Below are positions 23,620 through 36,946 of a stretch of DNA of 64,000 nucleotides, piece after piece. Position 1 is the stretch's first letter, and each line of letters begins with the position of its first letter. The position numbers and the translations under genes were made by a program. The stretch covers positions 7,440,001-7,504,000 of the forward strand of contig NC_135768.1 of NCBI RefSeq assembly GCF_052425735.1, in the 5' to 3' direction. This DNA comes from Oculina patagonica. Its lineage: Eukaryota. Below the pieces are notes generated by a model. That model was not told the DNA's origin. It saw nothing but the letters and a program-made list of their open reading frames with translations, and made no database searches.

Positions 23620-24700
23620 TTTGTGAGGCAAGACAGGTATGGATTCTACCCTTGTGGATGCGCAAACCTGTCTACAGGGTGTTACAAGGTTCCTTAAAAG
23701 ATGTGTCTCAGATGTACAATTGCAGATTGGCTCAGAAAACATCACCAATGGAGCAGAGGGCACAGTAGCCAGCAAGACCATGAAATCTTGTGAGCTTATG
23801 TTAAACAGCATTAGCCGTCTTCTAAAACTATCAGAATTCATGAGTCCAGATGCTGCAAACGCGATCAACCTACAGTCTCTGTTGACTTTGGTGGTAGAGA
23901 ACCTTCACGCAACTACGAAGATGAAACACCCAGCACCAAGTTTGCTAGACTATTACCGAGAGTTTGGAAAGGGAATGAGAGAATCTATCAAGCGAATAAC
24001 AAACTGGTCTGTTAAATACTTCACCCACCGGAGATCCTACTTTCCAGTTCCAGAGCTCGCAATGGATCTGTCTGCTATTGCGAAATTAACTCCAATCCCA
24101 GTAGTGCCCATGGACAAGGTGAACATTGCAAAGATTAGGGAATGGGCGAGTGAACATGGACAGAGTGTTCGACAGCTGAGGCCTTCTTAGGAGTGTAGCC
24201 GTGTCGCAATATCGCATGTTTCTGGGAACCGATGTCGCTTAGCCAACAGCTGTAAATGTCGCTGTCGTTTTTCCTGCTATTGAAATGCTGTCGCACTGTG
24301 TCGCTGCCGCATTTCAGTACCATAATGATGCCGCTTGTCGCTGTTAAAATGCTCATGTGTCGCCAGAATTCAGGGTCATGTCGCTTGTCGCTTTTACCCC
24401 TTGGAAGGCCTCATAGCTTACTGTTAGGCAGCAAACAACAACATTTTCAGCTGGCACATTGCCCATGTCAGCATACGGGCTAAACCTACCACAAGATCCT
24501 CTTGAAAGCAATGTGGAGGAAGTCACTGAAGGAGAGGAAGAGGAAGTTATCGAAGAGTATGACTTTGACTCTGATTCCAGTTTATCTTTGTCTCACTTGT
24601 CTGAGGATGATGATGAGGAGAGGGATGCTCTGGTTCATTCTATCTTGACAACTCGAAATGGAAGACAAATTAGGGCAGTGGCTAGGCTGGATTTTTTAAA
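23620..24700 (+). pseudogene. C-terminal fragment of an uncharacterised, probably transposon-encoded protein, interrupted by a MITE
   Basis: ORF 23639-24177 continues in frame at 24419 (…GQSVRQL|TVRQQTTTFSAGTLPMSAY…) once the insertion is removed. Acidic tail and terminal TTRNGRQIR..RLDF. Confidence 0.6.
24178..24412. mobile_element. 235-bp MITE with GAG..CTC termini
   Basis: TIR gaggccttc/gaaggcctc; imperfect 6-bp TSD acagct/atagct; internal tgtcgc repeats. Confidence 0.7.
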
Positions 24701-25978
24701 AAACAATATTTTTCAAGCTGATTTGATGTACTTTTCAAGAACATTGCAAGCTGGAAAAAGTGCGACAGCACTTGGGAACCACTGTAAGACCCTATAAACG
24801 TCTGCAGGACTCAAAATCATGTCAACTAACTGACTAAACGATTTTTTTGCTGCTTACTGACTAAGTAGCATTTTTTTAGCTGTTTACTGACTAAGGAGCA
24901 TTTTTTTAGCTGCTTACTGACTATAGCTATACCCCATTGACACCCTCTTATATAAAATTTTAAGATCAACATGATGTGTGTGCCCCCCGGAACAACCTCA
25001 TTCCCAGAGCTTTTCCCTTGGTAACTGGAAAGCCCTGGGAATGAGGTAATGTCCCTGGGGGGGGGGGGGGCAGCAGCTTCCACATAGGTGGGCTATTTAG
25101 GTAACTGTGCCACTGGATAGCGTATGTGTTTTTATAGTTCTCTTCCCTTAAAATGGGCCTAATTTCTGCCCCTGTTGGCATTACAGTCCTCATCCTCAGA
25201 GACCCAGGGGCAGTTAGTCAGGGCAACACGAAGAAAACTGAGCAGGAAAATCGGTGCAAACAAGAGATTACAAGAATGAGCAATGATTTTCCTGCTCAAT
25301 TGGCTTTGTGTCGCTCCAACCATCTCCGAGGATCTGCATCCTTAAATAGAATTCCTTTGTATCAATTAGATGTCCAGCTAAACGAAAAAGATGGCCTTAA
25401 AAAAATGAACTTCCTGTAGGACTCTCCCCACCATGCCACAGAGAAAAACAATGACCTGTTCACACAGAAGTACCCCACCCCCCACCCCCAGGAGTGTAGC
25501 GTTATAAATGTGGGATCTCATGACCTTAAGACTAGGAAGAAAATGTATGCAGTGCAAATGCAATGCATTTTTTTTATTATTGTTTGCAGCAGTTATTAGC
25601 TGTAAAATTACACTTGTAGTATATATATTTCATACAAAAAATGTCTGGAGGACATATATATATATTTTTACATAATTTGAGCTGAAAAGTTAAATATGGC
25701 TATAAAATAGTTTCAATCTACACATTTTTTCAAAAGTAATTATTATCTTCATTAAAGTTATATATTATATAATTTTATATATTTCCAATTCATTGACAAA
25801 AATATTGCTGGGCCTGACCATGGTCAATGTGTTGTATGTACTCTAGCGCAGTGGTCTAATGGTTAGACTATGCTCAGGACTTCAGATCAAGCAGTACAGG
25901 TCAAATCTTAGAAGGGTCATCACTGTGTTGTGTCTTTGGGCAAGACATGTTACTCTTCATTCAAGTGTATAAATTTAA

Positions 25979-26362
25979 GGGGGCAGTATACCTGAATTTG
26001 AATGAAATTTAGGAGGTTTAAAGAAGGGATTGAAACAAAAAATTGAAACACCCGCAGACACCCCCACGCAAGGGTACTCCAGGCTGTCAGGGACTGTCTA
26101 GTGTCCGTCTACCAACTTTTAACTATTAAATTCTAATTTTAAAAACACAATAAATCTCCAATATTTCTTATTTAGCTAAATTTTACTAATCCTTTGCGAA
26201 AAAACTATATTCTCCCAACATCCCCCAAAAATACCGTTAACACCGTTAAACATAGCTAAATGAGATAGTGAGAGCATTTCTGGATTCCTTGAAACATGAA
26301 CGAGATATTTCCGTTAAACCTGTGTAAAGCTGTGAAAAATTCCCTTTGGGTATAATGCCCCC
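25979..26362. mobile_element. TTAA-flanked MITE (Kolobok-like) nested in a decayed tRNA-SINE (~25845-26495)
   Basis: ttaa|gggggcagtatacc ... ggtataatgccccc|ttaa. Confidence 0.7.
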
Positions 26363-26975
26363 TTAATTCTGGAGGTCGGGGGGGGGGGGGTAACCAGGGA
26401 GGAATAGAAATACTCCTAGTTGCTTCCTGCTACTGATGCCAGGATTAAAAAGTTCCAGCCTGATGGGCCACAAGGCCCAGGCTCAAGCTTAACCTTGGAT
26501 ATGACAATTATCTTTCACAGTTCCTGTCTCTATCCAGGTGCAGAAAGACATACCAGGGATTTTAATTCTGGGGAGGGGGTACCCTGCAATGTACTAGCAC
26601 CCCATCCAGGGAAGAGTAAAAATACCCCTAGTCCCTTGGTCAAATAGTAAAACCAAGGTAGAGAGCAAGCCTGGTGAGCCATCTAGGCTAGAAAATAAAC
26701 TAACATTACCTTAAACTACTTTTTGACTACAAAACATTCTCATCATGAGGTACATTTGAAGGGGTGGTGAATCAGGTCCTTCAAAAAATTCAGGGATCTC
26801 GATTGCCTGGAATTTTTCTGGAACGCATTCTCAAATTTTTATGCAACTAGGCTAAAAAGGTCACGGACAGAACATCAGTCTCGCCATTTCACAAAGTCTC
26901 AAATTTACCATAAGACACCCCTATTTATGGATCTTGTTTGAACATTTTAGATTTGCAATGGCTCACAAATAATTA

Positions 26976-27151
26976 CAGTCAACTCCCACTATAACAGACA
27001 CCTTCAGGACCACAATTTCATGTCCGTAAAAGCGGAAGTCTGTAGTAGCGGGAGTAATTTTCAGTAATTCTTATTCGCCGGGACTTCAGCTCCTGTCTGC
27101 AATAATGGAGTGTCCATAATAGCGAGGTGTCCGCAAGGCGGGGGTTGACTG
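26976..27151. mobile_element. Tc1/mariner MITE
   Basis: ta|cagtcaactccc ... ggggttgactg|ta. Related decayed copies at ~3475-3830, ~18015-18193 and ~21703-21856. Confidence 0.7.
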
Positions 27152-27278
27152 TATTATTCTTGGGTGTTGTGTACCCCCTGGGCGGGGCAGACCCCACATC
27201 AAGGTGAGGGGATGCTTCTAGAGTACTTTCTCGTAACCAATATTTAAACTGGAAATTATGAACAATAGTTGAATGTCC

Positions 27279-28460
27279 TTACTCTTCTAGGTTCCTCTTT
27301 TTTGTGTCAAGAAATTTCTTGGTAAAAATAGCAACATTACAAAGCAAGACAAGAATGGCGCCACCAATACTAAGTCCATTTGGAATGACATCCAGTACTA
27401 TTAGCTGAAGAATAAACGAAAAAGCAATTCCGGTTGTGCGAACCAATGTAATGATTGATGCTTTATCCATAGCTAAGGCCTTTGTCGCAATCAACTCCCC
27501 AGAATAACCAAGTACTCCGGCTGCAAGGGCGAAAATAGTGTCATGAGTTCCACAGTCGGGGAATTTAAATCCTGAGATCAAAGAGCCTGCAAGGCTGATG
27601 ATTGATCCAACGAGGGCAAAATAAAACACCACTACTCTTGTACCAACTTCTTGGGACATTTTTCGTGTTAAGATAATAGAAAAAGCTGTAACAATTGCTG
27701 CGCAAACAGCGACAAGTGTAGGTACCCAGGCTTGTTTGGAGCTGGTACTCGTGCCCAAAGAGCCAAACAAGAAGGTAGGCCTCCCAATTAACACCACCCC
27801 TCCTATGCTTAGCACCATAGCTATGACATCAAACTTGCTCACTGGTTCTTTGAGAAAAATACGTCCGAGAATAGCTGTAAAAACGGGAGAGGTGTAAATG
27901 ATCACCCTAGCGTCCGCTAAAGGCATATGTTTAACCGCATAAATAGACAAAGTCATTGCAGTGGCGCCGGTTACACCGCGAAGCAACAAATATTTGCTGT
28001 GCTTCCACGGATAGATGAACTTATCTTGGAAGAATACCATCGATGGGAGCGAAAAAACAAGTTGTATTGTTAGTCGTATGACTGTCACCTCTAAGCTAGG
28101 GATGGTCTCCGCGAGTTTCACCATTAATGCGGTTACAGAAACGACCAAAGAGGCAATGATAGCGAGGATGATGCCTAAAAACCGGTGTAGAAAAGCGACC
28201 CTCTTTCTCGTCGAGGTTTTCATCTTTGTGGCTACGATAAGCTCTGTTGTGTTATTAACTCTCTCAGAATCCAGACCATCTTGTAGCTCTATAGCATGAT
28301 TATTTGCCGTTCTTGTAATACCTGTATTAAAGTGGCTCTTCTCTGTCGTTGGTTCAGTGGAATTTCTCTCTGTAAAATCGCCATCTCCTTCTTGTGGTAA
28401 GCTGATGTCGTTTCTCCGACGAAGTCTGGCTATAAGTGGAGAGAAAATTTTCGCTGCCAT
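27279..28460 (-). CDS. SLC35G1: SLC35G1-like copy 4, intact, intronless, 393 aa
   Basis: Full ORF MAAKIFSPLIARLRR...; same EamA motifs as copy 3. Confidence 0.9.
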   Translation of the reverse strand: MAAKIFSPLIARLRRRNDISLPQEGDGDFTERNSTEPTTEKSHFNTGITRTANNHAIELQDGLDSERVNNTTELIVATKMKTSTRKRVAFLHRFLGIILAIIASLVVSVTALMVKLAETIPSLEVTVIRLTIQLVFSLPSMVFFQDKFIYPWKHSKYLLLRGVTGATAMTLSIYAVKHMPLADARVIIYTSPVFTAILGRIFLKEPVSKFDVIAMVLSIGGVVLIGRPTFLFGSLGTSTSSKQAWVPTLVAVCAAIVTAFSIILTRKMSQEVGTRVVVFYFALVGSIISLAGSLISGFKFPDCGTHDTIFALAAGVLGYSGELIATKALAMDKASIITLVRTTGIAFSFILQLIVLDVIPNGLSIGGAILVLLCNVAIFTKKFLDTKKRNLEE

Positions 28461-28665
28461 GTCTTTAAGGTATAATAACTGCTCAAGAAAAAGGGTTCGT
28501 TCAATTTAAAACACAAATTCTCGAGCAAAGGATTGAAATTAACTGTCCCGGCTGGAAGTTCGTGATGACTGCGCTTTTTGTCATCCGGACTACTAAGGTC
28601 ACGCGATTGTCACGCGACTTCCTCACGGTCACGGTCGCTCATAAGGCTTTTCTCCCTGGACCCCC

Positions 28666-29449
28666 TAACCTGCGATCAGGCTTTCTTTTTTTCGCGCCGG
28701 AGAGAAGGAGAAAAAAAGGAAAGCCTGGTACAATTACTTGTCAAGTCGTCTGCCGCCCCCTAATTAGCTATCTGTCAACGTCGTCGAGAATGTCGGCGAT
28801 GCCATCAGATAAGCGTGCATGATTAGCGCCTTCAAATTATATTTTTACTCTCACAAACATGTGTTTGAATTACCCTTTTTGAACGAGCTGATCGGATGGT
28901 TTTTAAAATTTGTTTTCAGCAAAGGCTGATTTTGTCTGAGGCTCAGATCAGACATTTTAAGGTCGTAGTTTTCGTCACTGGCACGATCCCGCACGATCGT
29001 CTGGCGTCTTTGGTGGTGTGATGTAATAATCTTCGACACCATTGGTGATAGATCACGCTCTTGCCGAATCCCGTCGGAAGCACCGCCAAAACATCTTTTT
29101 TCACAAACTATTCGTCGAATACACTCCCTTTGTTCGTCTTAAAAAGTTTTGTGAACAAAACTCTTGAAAGATTTTCTAAATGCTAGAAGAACTCGCTCTC
29201 TACTTCATTCCGCTCGACACCCGCCATGATAACAATCATCTACGTGCGATATTTTTGGACCGGAAATTAGACTTGAACTCAATTAGCCAATCAGGATAGA
29301 GTTCTAATGTTGCCTTTTGTTTTCCAACCAATCAGAAAAAAGTCCAGATTCTGGACTTTTTACAGACGACTCGACAAGTAATTGTATCAGGCGTTCATTT
29401 TTCCGTTGACCCCTCCGCCGCGAGAAAAATAACGCCTGATCGCAGGTTA
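28666..29449. mobile_element. Non-autonomous DNA transposon, 9-bp TSD (Academ-like)
   Basis: TIR taacctgcgatcaggc/gcctgatcgcaggtta; perfect TSD tggaccccc at 28657-28665 and 29450-29458. Confidence 0.85.
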
Positions 29450-29705
29450 TGGACCCCCAGGCCAGGCCCTAGCAATGGCTGAACTGTCGTATTTGAAATT
29501 ATTAAAAACAAACAAAACACACACATACACACACAAAAAAAACCAATAAAAACAGATATCACCGCTGAGGAATAAAAAAAAATCAAGCTTTAAATGCTGC
29601 ATGATTTCATCATTGGATCGTTTCTGTGGGACGTGTGACAAAATTTGAAAGCAATGGTGATCAGTTTGCCTTGGTTCTCTGTTGGCTAGTTCTGCAGTAT
29701 TGTAA

Positions 29706-30241
29706 GGGCCTGTTTACAAGCAGGTAGGGTAAGCCTAGTGCTAGGGTTACCCTAGCAGGAGGGTTACCCTAGCGCTCCCACATTTCTCCATTTTTTCATC
29801 GACGTGTTTACAAGGCAGCTAGGGTTACCCTAGCACCTAGGGTAACCCTAGCTGAGTGCTAGGGTTACCCTAGGTGCTAGGGTAACTCTTGCGCCTTGTA
29901 AACGCTCTGCTAGGGATAACTCGCCTACCCGGGACAACTTTATTTTGGCTCCAAGAAGTTTAATATGTTTAAAAAAATACCGACAAAAACAGCGAATTGT
30001 GACCAAGAAACATCCTGTTCATTCACAATTTGTCGTATTTTTGCACTGGAACGGAATTATTTTCGAATAACAGCTTCTTACGAAAAAATTTTACAAGGTT
30101 AACTGAAGCGTAACCGGTGTAAGTTGACCCGGGTAGTAGGGTCACCCTACCTGCGAATTTTGCTTGTAAACCCGGGCTAGAACCCTCTTGCCGGGGTAAC
30201 CCTAGCACCTAGGGTTACCCTACCTGCTTGTAAACAGGCCC
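29706..30241. mobile_element. PIF/Harbinger MITE
   Basis: taa|gggcctgtttacaagcaggtagggtaa ... ttaccctacctgcttgtaaacaggccc|taa; many internal ctagggttaccctag palindromes. Confidence 0.85.
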
Positions 30242-32492
30242 TAACTGGGTTTAATTATTCAATAAAATCAGCCAAGACTTCAATACCCTTTAGCTGAGGC
30301 TAATTTAATATTTACAAGGCAAAAATGTATATAATTCGATAGAAAATCGTGTTAGGATTATGACAAATGTGCAATTTTAAATGCTTAAAGTTGAACTGCG
30401 CATTTTCAAAAAAACGGCACGCAATGCATGCAGAGGCGATGACGTTTATCAAAGGCGACTTTAAGGTCACGCAGGACCCTTGCTCATTAAATTCATTAGC
30501 ACAATTTTTTGAGCAGTTTTTATATTATAATGCTTTATTCCTATAAATTTTGAGCACTGATTTCTCTTAAACATATCACGGATATTGGGGAATTTTCTTG
30601 TGGAATTATATCAAGGTTGTCGTTTTCCTGGCAGATTACCGTTGTCTGTGATGTTTCAAACTCTTAAAGTTAAAACTGCACCCGTTTTTGTATCCTCGTT
30701 TTCAGCTAGAGGAGCGTAAAACAATAAGTAATTATACAACCTAGTGAAAAAACGAAACTTCTTTCGTGTCGTGACTTGTTAGATTGTTTGTACACCCGAC
30801 TCAGGCTCATATGTTAGCCTGAGCCGTTGGCAAGGGCGAACATTTAACGTTGAGTTTGAAACGTGGAGTTTGTAAAATGTGAAGGAAGATGTATTTCCAG
30901 CCATTTCTGAAGATTTCAAAATTCCTCAGGGGAGCCTGCCTCTACTGTCTGACCCCCACCACCAGCACACCCAACACAATCCAACAAGGCTCGCTTTAAT
31001 TCTAACGCTTAATTGACCCTTCCCCTTCTCCGTAGTCAAAACATTTCAATAATAGAAAGCCATCTCAACCAGGTATTCTTTGTAATATAAGACGCGGTGA
31101 AAAATTTGGGACATTGTTTAATCTCAAGTTCTGACAGAAAGTTTTTACGCCTAATGTAGAGTCCGTTTAATCAGTATTGCTTTGACTGTTATCAAAGCCG
31201 TGTTATATTTGAGACGTTTCCTTGTCTTCAACTTAAATCCCGGGCGAGAATTTAATTTCGAAAATGTCGTTTAAACCATCATTTTACTAAAACCTAAATA
31301 AAAGATTTGCTAGTCGTATTTTAATTTCAACCGGCTTACAAATAATATGCGACGTTATCTTGGTTCAAAAATTCAAAAAGCAGACACTAAGTACAATTTT
31401 AAAAACCGAAGTTTTTTACACCCATTTTTAAATTTTAATCCCTTGAATACAATATTTAAGCAACTTTTTTAGAAAGATATAAAGTAATTTTAACGAATTT
31501 CAAAGTAAACAACGTTTTAACGTGTTGGCTTAGTGTCGTGAATTAATGGGACTTTAGACCGCGCCATTAATTTTTATTTGTTTTCTTTTTTAAAGTTGTT
31601 TTCTTTGAAATTAGTTGCTTGGAATTGTGTCATTTCACTTTGTTAAGGAAAAATACCCAATTTATTACGCGAATGAAGATATCGTTTAGTTGGTTTACAC
31701 TTCAGTTAGGTTAAATTATGCCATGTACTTGTAGTGTCAAGTATTTATCAAGATAATTCGTAACAAAAACATAAAGTAAAAAGAAAAGATGACTTTCCGC
31801 AGTGTCTTTTTATTACGTAGACAGCCTTAAAAGTTTTTAACTTCGTGTTTACTCATATTTACCGGTTAGCATACAGCAATTTCCAGTAAAATTCGAAAAT
31901 TAGCCCCAGTACACACTTAAATCCAGAATTTTTCTCACTTGTAGTTTCTGTTAAATCCAGAATATTTCTCACTTGTAGTTTCTGTTTTTTCAACGAAAAA
32001 AAAACGAGTAAAATAAATCTTAAACGACATTTTCTAAAGAGAGATTCATAACCCTTTCTAGGTTCATTTTATTACAGTCAGTGTTCCAGCTGCACTGAGT
32101 ATCTTATTTTCGCAAACAAAAACAAAAAAAATGAATGTGTTTTTTTTTTTTCAATTTAAGTCGTTTTCAGAAGACTATGACCTTTGTAAACGTTTTTGAA
32201 CTACGTATCCTCTGTTTGAATATTTGTTTATTCAGCTGTGGCCATTAGTCAGTTTTTTTATTCAGAAATCAATAGCCTTTAATGTGTTTCTGATGTTCTA
32301 CCTTAAACTTTCGAAAGCTGTCTAAATATGTGTTCTCGAAAATCTTCTAATCTCAATTAGCTATCCGTAAACACACATCCTAGCTTCCCACGGCGAAATT
32401 AATATATACTGAAGCTTTGATTCTTAGCTGCATCATTTAGTGTTCTTACACTGCCAAGTTCGTTTGCCTCAAATTTCCTCCTTTGAGATATC

Positions 32493-33518
32493 ATGAAGCT
32501 GGTTTTCATCTTTGCCTTCTTGGTCTACTTCTTAGCTAGCCCAAGTGAAGCCCAAGTAAGTAAGATAAATGTTTTGACATCATAGAATTGAATTGTTGTC
32601 CAAGCGAATCGCAATTTTTGTTAGAAGCTTTTATCTCTTCTTCTATCTCTTTTTCCGACGCACGGATAAACGCAATATATCAAACACAAGAGGGAGTATT
32701 TCATGACATTTTAAACACCTAGAAGAAAGTTAAAAAACGACGCGCAGCAGTGTAAAATAAATACTTCTGGCTCCTTTCTTTGCAGTATGAAAGACGTTCT
32801 CTTTCTTTTTAATTTCAACAGCTACCAGAGTGTTTGCCTGCTTTAGCAACTTACCTAAAGAGCCAAGCCTCGCTGTTGCAGAGCGTCAAAAGCGACCTTG
32901 AAGCAACTAAGCAACAATTGCAACAGGCCATTGGTAAGTTTGATTAAAGCATTTCTTGCCTACATATCCTTCGAGTATCTATAGCATTTCACTGGGAGTT
33001 TGTCGGCGGCCGGGAGCAATTCCGAATTATAAACATGTAGTAATTTTCTGCTACTTTTTAAGCAACCAAAAGTTTTTGTTATGTTGATAAGAGCCACCAA
33101 TGCGCCATATAGCTTAGGAAGTTAATGGGTGACAAGCTCATATGCTGCATGCAAGAGAAAACCACTCCTTACACTATCCATGGCGCAAAAACAAGCCGCA
33201 AGCATCGATTTTAAGGCTCAAAAAGCTTTGTCAATACCTGATGGGGCATTCAGGTTGGTCTTTTTTTGTTTATTAATCCATAACTTTTTTCTCACAGGTC
33301 AATGGCCTCCTGGTCATTACTGTATTCTGGCAAGTGGATCATGCCCAGCCGGATTCACTCGTCACGCGGGCAAAATGATTGCTCTGAAGCAATACTCACA
33401 CACTCCCACATACATCACTCCAGCCACCTTTGGAGATAGCAGGATCAAGTGCCATGGACCCTGCGGTCGGTACGGACAGTGGAACGGAGAACTGTACATC
33501 ACAGCTTGCTGTAAGTGA
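32493..33518 (+). CDS. Small secreted coiled-coil + Cys-rich (ApeC-sub-repeat-like) protein, copy A, 131 aa
   Basis: Exons 32493-32555 (MKLVFIFAFLVYFLASPSEAQ), 32822-32933 (LPECLPALATYLKSQASLLQSVKSDLEATKQQLQQAI) and 33298-33518 (GQWPPGHYC…ITACCK). Canonical splice sites, phases 0 and 1, AATAAA at ~33659. Confidence 0.85.
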
Positions 33519-33990
33519 TGGAGAAATCACAGGAATCCCTTCATACCACAGGCAGCCCTACATAGCGGTATTACTCTGAGGCTGTTAGGAAACTAGGGCA
33601 ACCCATATGCCAAATATTTACTTACAAATCTTGCTATGTATGGTATCAGTGATATTCAAATAAAGAGCATGACAAAATGATCTTGTTTTAATTTGCTTTG
33701 AGTCTGTTTAAGGATGCTTTAAAGCCTGCTGGAAAAACTTACGCCACACTCTCTCAAGTAACCAACCCCATAAAACTTCACAGTTCAGAGTAATATTGTC
33801 ACCCAAGGGAGACATTTTGTTACAGAAGTAAACTACTTTTAATTATGTTTAAGATCTGTTATCTAGTCAGAATAAAAATGCGTTAAGAACTGATTTTTTA
33901 GACAGTATTTCTTCTTGTGGGAAAATAAAGGGAGGCATAGTACTGATAAAAACATGAAAACAAGGATAGGTAGGCCAGGGTGGCTTTTTT

Positions 33991-34133
33991 TAGCCTGCGA
34001 GCAGGCTCTCTATTCGGGGGCAACGTAAAGGTTCGGCGAGCTCAATTTTGCTTGCGGGCTCGCTTCGCGCCTTCGGCGCTCTCTAAGAAAGAGATTCACG
34101 TTGCCCCCGAATAGAGAGCCTGCTCGCAGGCTA
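33991..34133. mobile_element. 143-bp hairpin MITE, 9-bp TSD
   Basis: TIR tagcctgcgagcaggctctctattcgggggcaacg; TSD ggctttttt/gactttttt; absent from the paralogous site near 46600. Confidence 0.8.
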
Positions 34134-35038
34134 GACTTTTTTGATCTTTTTTCGTTCAAATGTCTCAAATCAAACAGTTATGTCCAGGATTGGAACGCAA
34201 ATGAGATGCACGTTCCTCATGACAGGCATCACAAAGTGTCCTCATTAATAAACGTTAACCAAAACACACCAAAATCTGTCAAATATGAGGTAATATGGAA
34301 ATGTCAAATAACGCAGTCAAACATGAAGTACTCATTAAAATATTCTTGCGTTCATTCCTGGACGTAAGTGAAATTAAATTGGCTTGAGTTCTGTTTGGGT
34401 TATGGTGCTGTTGGCCTTTGCGACTTTTTCATTTCAGTAGGTCCATGGTTTTTTTTGGGGGGGTGGGGGGGGGGTGCGGGGGGTGGGGGGTGGGGGGGGG
34501 GGTGGGGAAAGGGTGACTTTTTCGGGGGTATCTTTAGCAGTGATTTTGTGTTTAAAAGCTATTAGTTAAAAAAGCACGTCATTTCTCAGCAGACAATAAA
34601 TAGTTTGGCCAATTCTCAGCTAACAGTTACCCCATTCAGACCCTCATTTAAACCAACACAAAATATTTACTCGTATTTTAAACAGGTAATGCCGCCATAC
34701 TCAAATTAATAACTCATTAAGGAATCACAAATGCATAATTAAAAAAAAAAGTTTTCTCGCATTCCTACTTTGAATACGTCATATGAGGTGACTTTTGAAG
34801 AAATGTGAGATGAATTTAAGACTATCATTAAGTAAACAACTCTTTAACATGTTGGCATGTTGTGGTTTTTAATTGAGTTAATGGGATTTAAGATCACACC
34901 ATTAACATGACTAAGTCTTATTTGTTTGTTTGTTTTTATAAAAAAATGTTTGCGTAGGGAAAAGATACGATTTGTTATCGTTTTGCTTTGACGTCATCAG
35001 TCACGTGATTAGAACACTTTTTCGAGTTCTCCCAAACT

Positions 35039-35070
<32 letters not shown>

Positions 35071-36558
35071 AGGAAAACATGTTTTCTATTTCTTTTAGAA
35101 AAAAGCACAAAGAAAATAACGCACAACATATAAGGTCATTGTTTCAACTTTAGATTGAAGCTAGTGGTGGGACTGAAACGGTCATTAATCAGCTCACACA
35201 AGAAAAGGTAACAACTTTCAGTTTGTGTAGTTGAATACATACGCAGTTTTAGAGCCGGGCACATGCCCGATTCCCTCTATAGCGCGCGCCTGCAGGGAAT
35301 CACGGTAGTTGTATTCATCAAACCATGCGCGAGACTCAGCAACGTGCATCGTTGCTGAGTCCAGGGCGCCCTGCTGAGTCTCGTCAGCGTACGTGCTCCC
35401 TCCCGTACAGACTCTGAGAGAGGAGGAGGGGGGGGGGGGAAGTCACAAGTCAACCCGAGCGTATACCCCAACGAACGTTAACGTCCGCTTGTATCTTTGA
35501 TATTGGACAGCCACAGCCATGTTATGGTCAATTGACAGCCGTCAAAACAGCTCATCGAGGTCTTGTGTTTTTTTTAAGCTGACCGCTAATCAGGTTAGAA
35601 TTTTTCATTATATTGCAGGCTAAAATCTTACTTTTTTGTCGTGTTATGACATCATTTTGTAAGGGAGGAACTCCGCTTTAAGGCTTGGCTAAATCTATAT
35701 ATTAGTTTTAACTGTGGCAGTTAGCGTCGTTTGTGTTTAATCATACTTGAAAGTTTGACCGACAGGGCCCGAAAATGGCAGTGACGTCTTGTACTTGCAA
35801 TTCACGATTAATAAAATTATTTTCTTCAGCATGTTAAAAGTGTTTTCATCTTGTATAGGGTAATATCTTTTTGTCCTAGTAAAAGCATTTTCAATGTATC
35901 CTCAAAACGTAAAGTTCTTTTTCAAATCGCCTACACTTTTAAATGGAATTTTATCGAGAAATAAATTCTTGAGTAGCGCTAGCCGCTGCTGCGTGACCGT
36001 TCATCGCCAAATATTTATTTTGCGAGGAGCAATAAATTTTAAGTTTACTTTTAAAAGCGTGGAAAATTTGAGATGTAAAGCTCAGACAAGACACACAATA
36101 AATGATTGTTTTCAAATGACAAGATAGTCATGGATGTTTATTGCCAGAATATTGTGGCAAAAATGGCTCTGCTCTGTAAAAAGTCCCAACACAAAGGGAG
36201 GACTCAGTTCTCAAAGGCGTTCGCTTCTAGTTCAGAAGGCCGGATCTCTCGTGATCCGCACGCCCCGAGCTCGACTTGTAAGCAAGTCTTATCAAAAGGC
36301 ACAATATAGTGTTTTTCACAAAGTAAACATTTTTCGTTGCGTAGTCTTGAGCGTGGGCAAGTCAAGAATAATTAATTTTCTCTTAGCACTTCCCCTAGAG
36401 CTGCAGGTGATCTGAAATCGAAATTAAGTTTCTCGTAAACATGTTCATTTTGTGTTGGCAATTTACAAAATACGTATGTGAGAATTGAGCAGCCTACAGT
36501 TCATCGTTTCAGAGGAGATCTACAGTAAACAACCTAGTAAATGCCACAGCTACAACAA

Positions 36559-36700
36559 GTCTCTCGTAGCTCAATTGGTTAGAGCGCCCAACCGGTATCT
36601 GGAGGGCCATGGGTTCGATTCCCGTCGGGGACTCGGATGTTTCCTTTGACCCATGCTCGTGCACGTGTCATTGTTGAACAATTCATCTTCATTATCACAC
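36559..36700 (+). repeat. tRNA-derived repeat (not a functional tRNA)
   Basis: A box tagctcaattgg and B box ggttcgattcc, irregular anticodon arm; same family as 42688-42863. Confidence 0.65.
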
Positions 36701-36946
36701 TTACTTGAAATGAATTTGCTACTTCACTATTTGCGCCAAAAAAAATTGCAGTGAAAGGCGTTCCTTTCTCAATTTACACTTATCTTTTGGTAATCTGGCG
36801 CTGTCTCAATCTTTTCCAGTTCAATTTGAAGGCAATACATGTATTGCCGGCACATTGCAAGAAATGAATTTAGCTACGGTTTTCACGCTATTTGGACAAT
36901 TTCAATTGTACTTCGAAACTTTATGTCGATCTATGCGGTTAGTCTT

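Noticed and set aside
33516-33665. Selenocysteine read-through of the conserved TGA after CCK, with a SECIS in the conserved 3' UTR
   Set aside because: No AUGA/GA quartet with apical AA at correct spacing is visible; UTR similarity is explained by recent duplication or conversion.
36559-36635. Functional tRNA gene (also 42688-42764)
   Set aside because: Mispaired anticodon arm, no clear anticodon, and shared non-tRNA flanks typical of a dispersed repeat.
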